Positions 50,092 through 60,200 of a DNA stretch of 64,000 bases are shown piece after piece. The DNA comes from an uncultured Trueperaceae bacterium (GTDB lineage: Bacteria; Deinococcota; Deinococci; Deinococcales; Trueperaceae), in assembly GCA_963815215.1 (NCBI GenBank), contig CAWFFU010000012.1, positions 90,493-154,492 of the forward strand, in the 5' to 3' direction. The position numbers and the translations under genes were made by a program. The notes under the pieces were generated by a model. That model had not been told where the DNA came from. It saw only the letters and a program-made list of their open reading frames with translations, and made no database searches. Numbering within the stretch: the first letter of the stretch is position 1; every line of letters starts with the position of its first letter.

Positions 50092-50946
50092 TTATCGCTC
50101 CTGGTCCCGCGAATCGGTGACCGACGTCCCGCGGATCCGGTCGAGCAGCGCTGCGCCGTAGCGCTCGAGCTTGACCGGGCCGATGCCGTGCACGCGGGCC
50201 AGCGCCTGCAGGTCCTGCGGCCGGCGCTCCACGATGGCATCGATGGTGGCGTCGCCCATCACCAGCGCCTCACTGCGACCCTCGGACGCCGCGGCGTCGC
50301 GACGCCAGGCCTGCAGGGCGGCGCGCAGGGCGGTGTCCGTCGGCACAGTGTCCGTCGGCACATTGTCCGTCGGCACGGTGTGCGTCGGCGCTGTTTCAGT
50401 CGGCCCAGACGCGAACGGCGCTGCATCCAGCGGGTCTGCCGCCGACGGAGTCGTGCTCGCCGGCGCGGTCGACGGAGGCGTGGCACCCGGCCCCACGGCC
50501 ACCTCCCGAGCGGGACCGCGCCGCGACAGCACCACCATCGCGATGCCGGCCGCGATCAGCAGCACCGCGAACGCCGAGGACATCAGCACGCCGGTCTCGG
50601 CCAGGCCCGTCACCACGCCGAGCGCGATGAGCCCGAGCCCGACGATGCGCGGCCAGCGGTTCTCGCGCGGCGCCGCCAGGTCGATCGCTGCCACGCCGGC
50701 GCCGAGGCTCACCAGGAAGGCGCCCGGCCAGTGCCAGCTGCCCTCGAGCAAGATGCCGACGGCGACGCCCATCAGGATGGCGCCCAGCACCAGGAAGGCG
50801 TAGATATGCTCGCGCTGGTAGGCGACCAGGAAGCCGACGGCGACCAGGCCGATCCACAGCCAGCCCGAGTCGCCCGTGAGTCGGGACAGCAGGGCGACCA
50901 GGCCGATCGCGATGAGCGCATAGGCGACGAGGCGCGTGTTGGTCAT
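50092..50946 (-). CDS. Polytopic membrane protein with C-terminal HRDC domain
   Basis: About 6 TM segments, Pro/Thr linker, then LRAALQAWRR..A....VMGDATIDAIVERRP..L.RVHGIGPVKLERYG. Confidence 0.8.
   Translation of the reverse strand: MTNTRLVAYALIAIGLVALLSRLTGDSGWLWIGLVAVGFLVAYQREHIYAFLVLGAILMGVAVGILLEGSWHWPGAFLVSLGAGVAAIDLAAPRENRWPRIVGLGLIALGVVTGLAETGVLMSSAFAVLLIAAGIAMVVLSRRGPAREVAVGPGATPPSTAPASTTPSAADPLDAAPFASGPTETAPTHTVPTDNVPTDTVPTDTALRAALQAWRRDAAASEGRSEALVMGDATIDAIVERRPQDLQALARVHGIGPVKLERYGAALLDRIRGTSVTDSRDQER
50333..50407. repeat. Degenerate 15-bp in-frame tandem repeat, 5 units (PTETA-PTHTV-PTDNV-PTDTV-PTDTA linker)
   Basis: gtgtccgtcggcaca x2, ttgtccgtcggcacg, gtgtgcgtcggcgct, gtttcagtcggccca. 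Confidence 0.8.
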
Positions 50947-51167
50947 GGCGGGCGTGTCTCCTCTCGCGGGTTGCGGACGGACGGGACCGGCTCAGCTCAG
51001 TGTAGCGTCCCGGCGCGGGCGCGCACGCCACGACACGGTGCCACGCGCCGGCTCCCCGGTTATGGGATGGGCTACAAGGGCGCCCAAGAGGGGGTGGTAT
51101 CGTGCTCTCGAACCTGGAAGGCGAGGCGCGCCGTGAGCGTCACGGCGACTCGACGTTGGCACTCGCG

Positions 51168-51368
51168 ATGACCAAGCGTTCGGACATTCGGCTATCCGTG
51201 CTCCTGCTAGGCGACCTCAGTGCCGCCCGAGCCCCGGTGTTGCATCGCCGGGGTTTCTTCTTGGACTCGGTCGAACGAGTTCCGGAGGCGGCTCGGTCCA
51301 GCGGCGGAGCCACGGCTCCGGTGCCGGCGTTGGCATCGTTGGCGAAAGGAGGCCTGCGTGATTCGTGA
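51168..51368 (+). CDS. Putative Ile/Leu/Val-rich leader ORF of the bkd operon (MTKRSDIRLSVLLLGDL...)
   Basis: ATT-CGG-CTA-TCC-GTG-CTC-CTG-CTA cluster; the ORF crosses a terminator and stops just inside the E1-alpha coding start. Confidence 0.55.
   Translation: MTKRSDIRLSVLLLGDLSAARAPVLHRRGFFLDSVERVPEAARSSGGATAPVPALASLAKGGLRDS
51230..51262 (+). terminator. Intrinsic terminator/attenuator in the bkd 5' leader
   Basis: AGCCCCGGTG-TTGCAT-CGCCGGGGTT stem followed by TCTTCTT. Confidence 0.7.
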
Positions 51369-52455
51369 TTCGCAGCTCTTCCAGCCCTTCGGCGACGACC
51401 CGATCTCGCTCATCGGCGAGTCCGGCGAATGGAAGGGGACGTTCGATCTCGACCTCGGGCCGGACGCGCTCCTCGGTATGTACCACGACCTCGTCGCGGG
51501 CAGGATGATGGATGAACGCCTGAGCCGTTTGCAGCGGCAGGGCAAGCTCAGTTTCGTGGCGCCCAGCGCGGGCCACGAGGGTGCTCAGGTGGGCGTGGCG
51601 CACGCCCTCCGGCGCGGGCACGACTGGCTCTTCCCGTACTACCGCGATACCACTCTGTTGCTGGCGTTCGGGCTCCCGTACGTGGAGATGCTCGGCCAGG
51701 CCATGGCCACCCGGGCGGACACCAACCGTGGTCGCCAGATGCCGTCGCACAACGGCTCCAAGGACCTCAACATCTTCACCATCGCGTCCCCCATCGCATC
51801 GCACCTCGCGCCGGCGGTGGGAGCGGCGATCAGCATGAAGGTCCAAGGGAGCGGGCAGGTCGCCGCCGCCAGCTTCGGCGAGGGTGCGACCAGCGAAGGC
51901 GACTTCCATGCCGCGCTCAACTTCGCCGGCGCTCAGGGGGCGCCCGTCGTCTTCGTGTGCGAGAACAACCGCTACGCCATCAGCGTCGAGTACCACAAGC
52001 AGACCGGCGCGGAATCGATCGCCGCGAAGGCCCACGCCTACGGCATGCCCGGCTACACGGTCGACGGCATGGACGTGCTGGCGAGCTATTACGTGATGCG
52101 CGAGGCGGTCGAGCGGGCGCGCAGCGGGCTCGGCCCCACCCTGGTCGAGGCGCTGGTGTACCGCTACGGCGCGCACTCCTCGGCCGACGACGACAGCCGC
52201 TACCGGCCGCAGGAGGAGGTAGAGGCCTGGAAGCGGCGCGATCCGCTCCAGAGCTTCCGCGCCTTCCTCGAGCGACGCGAGCTGTGGGACGACGCCGCCG
52301 ACACGGAGCTCCGCACCCAGATCGACGAGGCCTTCAAAGCGGCCACCGCGGAGGCCGAGGCGGCGGGACCCATCCCGGTGTCGTGGATGTTCGACGATGT
52401 GTTCGCCTACCGGCTTCCCCACCTGGAGGAGCAGCGCCGTGATCTCCTCGACTGA
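51358..52455 (+). CDS. Branched-chain 2-oxoacid dehydrogenase E1 alpha
   Basis: GHEGAQVG, PYYRD, GRQMPSH, GEGATSEGD..ENN (TPP motif) and HSSADDDSRYR. From memory it closely resembles Thermus BCKDH E1a. AAGGAGG RBS. Confidence 0.88.
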   Translation: MIRDSQLFQPFGDDPISLIGESGEWKGTFDLDLGPDALLGMYHDLVAGRMMDERLSRLQRQGKLSFVAPSAGHEGAQVGVAHALRRGHDWLFPYYRDTTLLLAFGLPYVEMLGQAMATRADTNRGRQMPSHNGSKDLNIFTIASPIASHLAPAVGAAISMKVQGSGQVAAASFGEGATSEGDFHAALNFAGAQGAPVVFVCENNRYAISVEYHKQTGAESIAAKAHAYGMPGYTVDGMDVLASYYVMREAVERARSGLGPTLVEALVYRYGAHSSADDDSRYRPQEEVEAWKRRDPLQSFRAFLERRELWDDAADTELRTQIDEAFKAATAEAEAAGPIPVSWMFDDVFAYRLPHLEEQRRDLLD

Positions 52456-52485
52456 CGCGCGTGGGCCGGCGGAGAGGGCTGAACC

Positions 52486-53463
52486 GTGACCGTGCAAACG
52501 ATGGTCCAGACCATCGCCCGCACGCTCGACCAGGAGATGAGCGTGGACGAGCGGGTGGTCGTGATGGGGCAGGACGTGGGCAAGCGCGGGGGGGTGTTCC
52601 TCGCCACCGAGAAGCTCTTCGACCGGTACGGCCCGGATCGGGTGATCGACACGCCGCTGTCGGAGGCGGCCATCATCGGCGCGGCGCTGGGGATGGCGGT
52701 GCACGGGCTGCGGCCGGTGGCGGAGATCCAGTTCTCCGACTACGTGTTCCCCGGCTTCGACCAGTTGGTGTCGCAGGTGGCGAAGCTGCGCTACCGCTCC
52801 GGCGGCCAGTTCACGGCGCCCCTCGTGGTCCGGATGCCGTCGGGCGGTGGCGTCAGGGGGGGGCACCACCACTCGCAGTCGCCCGAGACGCACTTCGTCC
52901 ACACGGCGGGTCTCAAGGTGGTGTACCCCTCCACCCCGACCGACGCCCGGGGCCTGCTCCGCACGGCCATCCGTGACGAGGACCCGGTGGTGTTCCTGGA
53001 GCCCAAACGGCTCTACCGGGCGGTGAAGGAGGAGGTCCCCGACGATCCCGAGTTCGCGCTGCCCTTCGGGCAGGCGGCCGTCCGGAGGCAGGGTGACGAC
53101 GTGGTGCTGGTGTCCTACGGCGGCAGCATGCCGGAGACGCTGAAGGCCGCCGACGCGCTGGCGGAGCAGGGCGTGTCCGCCCACGTGATCGACCTCCGGT
53201 CGCTCATGCCGTGGGACAAGGGCGCGGTGCTGGACGCGGTCGCACGCGTGGGCCGGGTGGTGCTGGTGAGTGAGGCGCCGCGCACCAACGGCTTCATGAG
53301 CGAGGTCGGGGCCACCCTCGCCGAGGAGGCGCTCGACCTGCTGCTGGCGCCGCCGCTGCGGGTCACCGGCTTCGACACGCCCTATCCGTACGCGCAGGAC
53401 CGGGAGTACATGCCGGGTCCGAACCGCATCCTGAAGGGCGTCAAGCGGGTCCTCGAGTACTGA
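52486..53463 (+). CDS. 2-oxoacid dehydrogenase E1 beta
   Basis: [25 protein letters not shown] and HHSQSPE motifs. Confidence 0.92.
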   Translation: MTVQTMVQTIARTLDQEMSVDERVVVMGQDVGKRGGVFLATEKLFDRYGPDRVIDTPLSEAAIIGAALGMAVHGLRPVAEIQFSDYVFPGFDQLVSQVAKLRYRSGGQFTAPLVVRMPSGGGVRGGHHHSQSPETHFVHTAGLKVVYPSTPTDARGLLRTAIRDEDPVVFLEPKRLYRAVKEEVPDDPEFALPFGQAAVRRQGDDVVLVSYGGSMPETLKAADALAEQGVSAHVIDLRSLMPWDKGAVLDAVARVGRVVLVSEAPRTNGFMSEVGATLAEEALDLLLAPPLRVTGFDTPYPYAQDREYMPGPNRILKGVKRVLEY

Positions 53464-53566
53464 CGCGCGACCGGGCGGCGGGCGCCGGAGCGCGTGGGCG
53501 CCGCGGTCCTGGTAGCGTGGCGCAAGCGAAGGGCAGGCCGCCACGGCGCGGCCGCGAGGAGTGTGC

Positions 53567-54967
53567 ATGTCAAGAGAGTTCCGGCTTCCCGAGCTGGCCG
53601 AGTCGGTGGTGGAGGGTGAGATCGTCCGCTGGCTCGTCGCCGAGGGCGAGGAGGTCCAACAGGACCAACCCGTCGTCGAGGTGATGACCGACAAGGTCAC
53701 GGTCGAGCTGCCCAGTCCCTACGCGGGCGTGTTGCTGAAGCAGCTAGCGGGGGAGGGCGACGTGGTCCCGGTACACGAGCCGATCGCGCTCTTCGGCGAC
53801 GTTGCCGACGCCGTCGGTTCCGGCGCGCCGGAGTCCAGGCCCGCTCCCAGCCTGCTGGCCGAGGAGGAGCGCTCGATCGTCGAGCCCGGCGGCGTCGCGG
53901 AGGAGGACGACGGCTCGAGCCTGTCGCTGTTCCGCCCCGGTCCGGAGGAGGAGGGAGGGGCGACCTTCCAGGTGCGTTCGGGAGGTGCCGCCGTTGCACC
54001 CCGGCCCGCCGAGCCGCGGCCTTCCGAACCTTCGGCGGCGCGACCCGGCCCGGCGGCGCGCGGCCCCTACGGTCGCGTGCTGGCCGTGCCCGCGGCCCGC
54101 AAGCTGGCCCGTGAGCTCGAGGTCGACATCGAGCAGGTCGAGGGCAGCGGTCCCAACGGCCGCATACGCGTCGACGACGTGCGCGCGCACAACGAACGCG
54201 GTCGAGGCGCGGCTGCGCCGGCGCGGCAGCCGGCCCGCTACGTGAGCCCCGAGGGCTACGGCGAGTTGGAGGAGCGCATCCCGCTGCGCGGGCTGCGGCG
54301 CATCATCTCCAACCAGATGCTGGCGTCGCACCTGCAGACCGTGCGCACCCTGCACGTCGACGAGGCCGACGTGAGCGCTCTGGTGGCGCTCCGCCGCGGC
54401 CTCAAGCCGATCGCGGAGGCTCGCGGCGTGAAGCTCTCCTACCTCCCGTTCATCATGAAGGCCGTGGTGGCGGCGCTCCAGGAGTTCCCGCAGCTCAACG
54501 CCAGCCTCGACGAGGAGAACGGCGAGATCGTCCGCAAGCACTACTACAACCTCGGCATGGCCGTCGCGACCGAGGCGGGGCTGACGGTGCCGGTGGTGAA
54601 GGACGTGGACCGCCGCACGGTGATGGAGGTCGCGGCCGAAGTGAACCGCCTGGCGGCGGCGGCGCGTGACGGCAAGCTCACCACCGACGACGTCCGCGGC
54701 GGCACCTTCTCGATCACCAACATCGGCAGTCTGGGAGGCCTGTTCAGCTTCCCGATCATCAACATCCCCGAGGCGGCCATCCTCGGCGTGCACTCCATCA
54801 AGCGCCGGCCGGTGGTGCTCGCCGACGACAGCATCGCGGCGCGCGACATGCTCTACCTCAGTCTGTCGTTCGACCATCGGGTCGTCGACGGCGCGGAGGG
54901 CGCGCTGTTCACCGGTCGGGTGATCGAGCTGCTTCAGACCCCCGAGGCGATGATGCTCGACCTGTAG
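53567..54967 (+). CDS. Dihydrolipoamide acyltransferase E2
   Basis: Lipoyl motif EVMTDKV, E3-binding PAARKLARE..GSGPNGRI, catalytic SFDHRVVDG. Confidence 0.93.
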   Translation: MSREFRLPELAESVVEGEIVRWLVAEGEEVQQDQPVVEVMTDKVTVELPSPYAGVLLKQLAGEGDVVPVHEPIALFGDVADAVGSGAPESRPAPSLLAEEERSIVEPGGVAEEDDGSSLSLFRPGPEEEGGATFQVRSGGAAVAPRPAEPRPSEPSAARPGPAARGPYGRVLAVPAARKLARELEVDIEQVEGSGPNGRIRVDDVRAHNERGRGAAAPARQPARYVSPEGYGELEERIPLRGLRRIISNQMLASHLQTVRTLHVDEADVSALVALRRGLKPIAEARGVKLSYLPFIMKAVVAALQEFPQLNASLDEENGEIVRKHYYNLGMAVATEAGLTVPVVKDVDRRTVMEVAAEVNRLAAAARDGKLTTDDVRGGTFSITNIGSLGGLFSFPIINIPEAAILGVHSIKRRPVVLADDSIAARDMLYLSLSFDHRVVDGAEGALFTGRVIELLQTPEAMMLDL

Positions 54968-55070
54968 CCGATCGCTGCCGAGGGCGTGGGCGCCCGCACG
55001 TCGGCCCCGACCCGAAGGCTCCAAGCAAGACCCGAAACGAAGACCCGAAGCCGAGAGGCCCGAAACGACG

Positions 55071-55098
55071 CGGAGCGCCCCGATCCCGGGGCGCTCCG
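55071..55098. terminator. Terminator between the bkd operon and the convergent surface-protein cluster
   Basis: CGGAGCGCCCCG-ATCC-CGGGGCGCTCCG followed by TTT. Confidence 0.7.
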
Positions 55099-55101
55099 TT
55101 T

Positions 55102-55143
55102 CGTCGTGTGTCGGCCGTCGTGTGTCGGCCGTCGTGTGTCAGC
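55102..55143. repeat. 14-bp tandem repeat x3
   Basis: cgtcgtgtgtcggc x2 plus cgtcgtgtgtcagc. Confidence 0.8.
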
Positions 55144-55170
55144 AGGTGTGGGGGTCTGCGCCCGCCTTCC

Positions 55171-57195
55171 TCACGGCGCCGCCGTGGCCGTGGCCGCCGC
55201 CGACGGTGTGCCGATGCGACCGTTCGCGACGGCCACGATCCGGTAGCGGTCGCCGGCGGCGCCGCTCTCGTCGAGGTAGCTGGTGGCGGTCAACGGGTCG
55301 GAGATCTGCACGAACGTGCCGCTCCCCTGCGCCCGCTCGACGGCGTAGGCGATGCCCTGGTCCTGGAGCGGCTGCCAGATGAGGCGCACCCCGGCCTTGG
55401 CGGCGGTGGCCGTGAGACCGTCAACGGTTCCCGGCCCCGCCAGGCTGAAGGCCGTGGCAGAGACCGCGGCCGATGGCGGCGAGGCGTTGCCGGCGGCGTC
55501 GACCGCGATCAGCTCGTAGGCGTAGCGGGTCCCCGCCGTCACCTGGTGGTCGACGAAGCTGCTGGCACTGGACGGCAGGTCCGCGCCCAGCCGGACGAAG
55601 GCGGCGCCCCCGATCGAGCGCAGCAGACGGTAGGCGTGGATGTCGGGGTTGGCGTTGCCCGCCCAGCGCAGGGCGATGGCCCCGTCCGACGGCGTGATCG
55701 AGGTCAGCACCGGCGCGGGAGGCGCGGTCTTGTCGACGACCTTCCCGGTCACGGCCGTCGACGGCTTGCTGGCCACGTCGGTGGCGTTCACGGCCACGAC
55801 CCGGAAGCTGTAGCTGTCGAGCGAGTTGGCCGGCACGGGCTGGGAGAAGTGGGTCGTCGTCACCTGAGCCACCAGCTGGTAGCTGGCCAGCGGGGCCTGT
55901 GGGTCGCGACCCGCGAAGACCTTGTAGCTGGCCACGTCGTTCTGCGGCGGAGCCTTCCAGGCAAGCTCCAGCGAGTGGGTGGTGGCCTTCAGCGTGAGGC
56001 CGGTGGGCGCGTCGGGCGGATCGAAGTCCGCGCCGCGCTCGGACCACAGCGGCCCCACCGGACCGAGCCGGCCGTCGGCGTCGACGGCCGCCAGCGCGTA
56101 GTAGTAGTTCACCCCGCCCTGCACGGGCTTGTCGAGGTAGCTGGTGGCATCCGGAGCGAGCGCCTGCGCGGTGATCTGGGTGGGGCGTTTGGCCGCGTCG
56201 GTGGTGCGTAGCACCGCGACGCCCTTCACCCGCGGGTCGTTGGGCGCCGTCCAGTGCAGGCGGATGGCTTTGTCGAGGACGTCGTCGCCGGTGATGGCGA
56301 CGCGGGGCAGGGGCTTCGGGTTCGGCACGGTGAAGGCCAGCGGCTGCGACGCCTTCGCCTTGCGCCCGAACAGGTCGATGCCCACCACCGTGTAGACGTA
56401 GCGCTGGCCAGGGGTGGCCTTGGCGTCCTGGAGGAAGTCCTCCGACGCGGCCGTGCCGGCCGCCGGAAGGAACATCGGATCGGCGGTGAGCTGGATCCGG
56501 CTGCCGTCGGGGTTGCGGCGGTAGACCTCGTAGGCGGTCACCAGGGAGTTGGCCGCGGGGCGGGACCAGTGCAGGTGCACGGCGCCCGCGCTGTAGCTCG
56601 CGGTCAGGCCCGAGGCGGGGTTCAGGGGGGTGGGTTGCCCTGCGGTGATGTGCACCGCGCCGATGACCCGGCCGCCGGCCCCGGCGACCCGCACCTGGTA
56701 GCGGTAGCTCACGCCGGCGGTGACGTCCTTGTCCTCGATGAGCAGGCCCAGCGCGCGGGCCAGGCGCGGGCGTGCCACCGTCTGCAGCACGCCGATGGCG
56801 CGGGCGAAGGCGGTGTCGCTGGAGTTGGCGTTGGAGCCCCCGAACCCAGGGGCGAAGAGCTGGGTGAGGTAGGCGTATTCGTCCTGGCTGGCGTAGCCGT
56901 CGGCGACAGCCTGTTTCTCGGGCATGGGCGACGCGACGGCGATGCGCTTGGTCGTGCCCCCGCCGGTGCGGATGACGACGAAGCCGGCCTTAGGCAGGAT
57001 GTGGTCGGGCGCGAACCAGCGCAGCAGCACACCGGTCTCGGTGGCCGCTGCGGCGACCGGGACGGGTGGCGGGCTGGCGGGCTGGCCGGCCGCCGTCTGG
57101 GCTGCGGCGGGCGCAGCGAGGGGGGCCAGCGCCAGCAAGGCGACGGCCATGCTGGTGAGGCGTCGGGTGGTGGCTCGCAGGGTGGGGATGGTCAC
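55171..57195 (-). CDS. Secreted fibronectin type III repeat protein (~6 FN3 domains)
   Basis: Signal peptide ending AAA-Q; repeated L.W..P...Y...R and D......Y.Y...AVD..G motifs; GAGG RBS before GTG at 57195. Confidence 0.85.
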   Translation of the reverse strand: MTIPTLRATTRRLTSMAVALLALAPLAAPAAAQTAAGQPASPPPVPVAAAATETGVLLRWFAPDHILPKAGFVVIRTGGGTTKRIAVASPMPEKQAVADGYASQDEYAYLTQLFAPGFGGSNANSSDTAFARAIGVLQTVARPRLARALGLLIEDKDVTAGVSYRYQVRVAGAGGRVIGAVHITAGQPTPLNPASGLTASYSAGAVHLHWSRPAANSLVTAYEVYRRNPDGSRIQLTADPMFLPAAGTAASEDFLQDAKATPGQRYVYTVVGIDLFGRKAKASQPLAFTVPNPKPLPRVAITGDDVLDKAIRLHWTAPNDPRVKGVAVLRTTDAAKRPTQITAQALAPDATSYLDKPVQGGVNYYYALAAVDADGRLGPVGPLWSERGADFDPPDAPTGLTLKATTHSLELAWKAPPQNDVASYKVFAGRDPQAPLASYQLVAQVTTTHFSQPVPANSLDSYSFRVVAVNATDVASKPSTAVTGKVVDKTAPPAPVLTSITPSDGAIALRWAGNANPDIHAYRLLRSIGGAAFVRLGADLPSSASSFVDHQVTAGTRYAYELIAVDAAGNASPPSAAVSATAFSLAGPGTVDGLTATAAKAGVRLIWQPLQDQGIAYAVERAQGSGTFVQISDPLTATSYLDESGAAGDRYRIVAVANGRIGTPSAAATATAAP

Positions 57196-57205
57196 CTCAA
57201 TCACC

Positions 57206-60200
57206 TCAGAGGGGGATGGTCGCGTGCGTCGTGACGTCGATGTCCGACAGGTGCGAGACGTGCGCCGACAGGCGCACGGTGCCGGAGAACTGGAGCGGGC
57301 TGGGTGCGGTGAGCTGGCCCTCGGCACGGACCGAGGCGTCGACCGACAGGTGGGCGTCGCCGCAGCTCCCGCCGGCGCTGGCGTTACCCCAGGCGTCGAT
57401 GGTGCCGAGCATGTGACTCGTGTTGTCGGGCTTGAGGTACACGCTCAGCCCGCCGCCGTAGCCGAAGCTGGCGTTGGCCCAGACATGGTAGTCGCAGACG
57501 GCGGCGCTTCCGCGCTTGTCGTAGCTCCAGGCGAAGCCGTACTGGCCGTTGACGAAGATGCCCTTGGAGCCCACCGGGATGTTCGGATCGACCACGCCGG
57601 CGCGTGGCACCTTGCCGGCCACCAGGTAGCCGGCCTTGAGGGAGGGGATGACGTAGATGCTGATGGGGTTGCTGTAGGTCCCGATCGCCAGGTAGTACTG
57701 GCTCTCCTTCCAGGAGGCGACGAGCTCGGCCAGGCCGGACACGCTCACCATCTTGAGGCCCGCGGCGTCGATCTCGAGCGGTTTCAGCCCGCTGCAGCTG
57801 AAGCCCTGGATGCCGGTGGCGGACGGTCCGGCGCAGAGGGTCGCGGTGATGGCGTCGGCGTTGATGGTGAAGTTGCCGGCGAGGTTCGGTGGAGCGCCGG
57901 CGTCGACGCCTTGGGCCAGGGTCTTCATGGTCCATCCCTGGCCGGCGATGGTGAGGTTCTTCGAGGCGTTTAGCACCAGGTCGCCCTTGAGGTGCCACAG
58001 CAGGCCGTAGGTGGCGCTGTCCGTGGACTGGTCGATGTAGCCGATCACGGTGCCCGCCAGGAAGTTGAAGGGGTCGGTCGGGTCGACGCACTCGCTGGCG
58101 TTGGACAGCACGCTGGGTAGCTTGCCGTCGGGGAGGTAGCCGTCGTCGGCGCGGCACGCCTGGTTGCCCTGACCGAAGGTCGTGAGCTTGAGATGGCTGC
58201 CCACGCCGCCTTCGAACTGGTAGAACGCCAGCACCGGAGCCCCCTCGACCCTCACGATGATGGGCGTGCCCGCCTTGGCGAGGTCGGTGGAGGCGTAGAC
58301 GAACCAGTAGGGCGTGCCGCTCTGCTGGCCGAAGGTACCGGCCACGCCGACGTTGAACTTGTCCTCGACGGTCAGGCTGCCGCCCCCGCTGAAGCGCACG
58401 TCGTCGGTCTTGAAGTCGACCGCGCCGCTCGCCGTCACCACGAAGCTGACGGGCGAGGCATCGCCGCCGTCGTAGCCGAGGGTCACGCCCTCGAACTTCC
58501 AGCCGCGGTCGTGACCGGAGGAGACGTAGTACCAGGACGGAGCGACGTCGGCCTTGACGCGGCCGTCGATCGACAGGTTGCCCTTGAGGCCGATGCCGTA
58601 CTCGCTTCCCTTGTGCTCGATGCCGATCTCGGCGCCCGCCCCCAGGTAGGGGAACTTCCCGATCTCCAGGGCGGGAACGTCGAGCAGGGTCTGCCAGGTG
58701 GCGCCGCCGAGCGACGCGTTGCCGTCGGCCGTGAAGGTCAGGTCGTTGAGCAGTAGCTCGAGCTTGTACAGGTTGATGATGGTGTCGGCGGTGTCCTTGG
58801 CGTGGGTATAGGCGGTCTTGGCCTTGTCCGCCAGCCCCGCAGCGCTCGGCAACGAGCCCATGACGTTGTCCGCCGCGGTGGTGTCGAGCTTGGTGGGGTC
58901 GGACGCCCACTTCGAGGAGAGCGCCCAGACGGCGTTGGGGAAGGTGAGCTCGAGCGTCCCGTCCTGCGTACCGGGCACGAACCCGAACGTCCCCTGGCCG
59001 GCCAGCACGCCGCTATGCCCGAAGTCGTGGGCGACCGGTCCGGCGGTGGCGATGCGATACGCGGGGCGCCCGAAGCGGTCGTTGCGGTTCAACGGCGTGA
59101 TCGTCACCGGAACGTCCTCGTCGAACATCGGAATGTGGACGGTCGCCACCGCGGGCTGCTCGTGGACGATGGCCGAGTCCACGAAGGCGAAGTGGGCCTT
59201 CTGGACGATGGTGAACGACCAGCCGCCCCATTTGAAGGGCCCGTGGTTGGCGCTGCCCCAGGGGCTGTCGTAGACGGTCTGGTAGCCGGCGCTGGTCCAG
59301 GCGATCTCCGCCTTGGCGGGCGCGGTCATGCTGTAGCTGGTCGTCACGTTGCGCCCGCTGCCGGACCTCAGATGCAACCACGTGTAGAAGTAGACGATCC
59401 CCGTCCAGCCCATGCTCGCTGGATCGACGGAGGGCGTGCGCCCGACGCTCGCCCAGCCCGAGTAGGCCTCCTGGGTGGCGAGCAGGCCGGGTGCGATGCC
59501 CGACTGGAGGTTGTAGTTGTTGGTGGTCGACAGGTCGATGGCCCCCATGAGCTGCTTGTTCATCAAGCCGCCGAAGGCCCAGCCGGTGGTCCCGATGGGC
59601 ACACCGTCGGTGTTCACGCCGAAGCCCAGGATGAGGCCATCGGTGGGGCCGAAACCGTGGTTGATCACGTGGCCGTCGAGCTGGAAGCCGGTTCCGGAGG
59701 GGAGCGTGCCGTGGCCGGTGAGGCCGGGATCGGCGTAGGTCCCGAAGCTGCCGAGCGTGAAGCCGGTGACGGTGATCTTCAGGCCCTCGAGCCGCAACGG
59801 CATCTTGATGTCGAGCGAGGACGGCGCCAGGTTGGCGTGGCCGCTGGTCACGGCGTCGTTGGTGTAGTTGAAGGCCGCGCTGATGTGCTGGAAGGTGAAG
59901 GGCACCGGGCCCTGCTCGCGCCCGCCAACGACCCAGCTCGGAAGGGTCGCCTCACCCGAGAAGTCCTTCAACCCGTTCGGGTACGTGAAGGGAGCGGTGA
60001 GCTTGGTGACGTGGAGCACGAAACCGTTCTGGAAAGCGAGCACGGTAGGCGGCGTCATGGTGCCGTTGAGGTCGAAGGCGTCGGTGCGGATGGCCTGTCC
60101 CCCGTCGACGGTCAGCATCAGCTTGAGCTGGTACACGCGCCGTCCGAAGCCCTGGGCGAACACGTGGTCCACCGTGCTGGTGCCATCCACGCCGACGGTG

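Noticed and set aside
55102..55143. Possible CRISPR array
   Set aside because: Adjacent 14-bp tandem units with no spacers and no cas genes.
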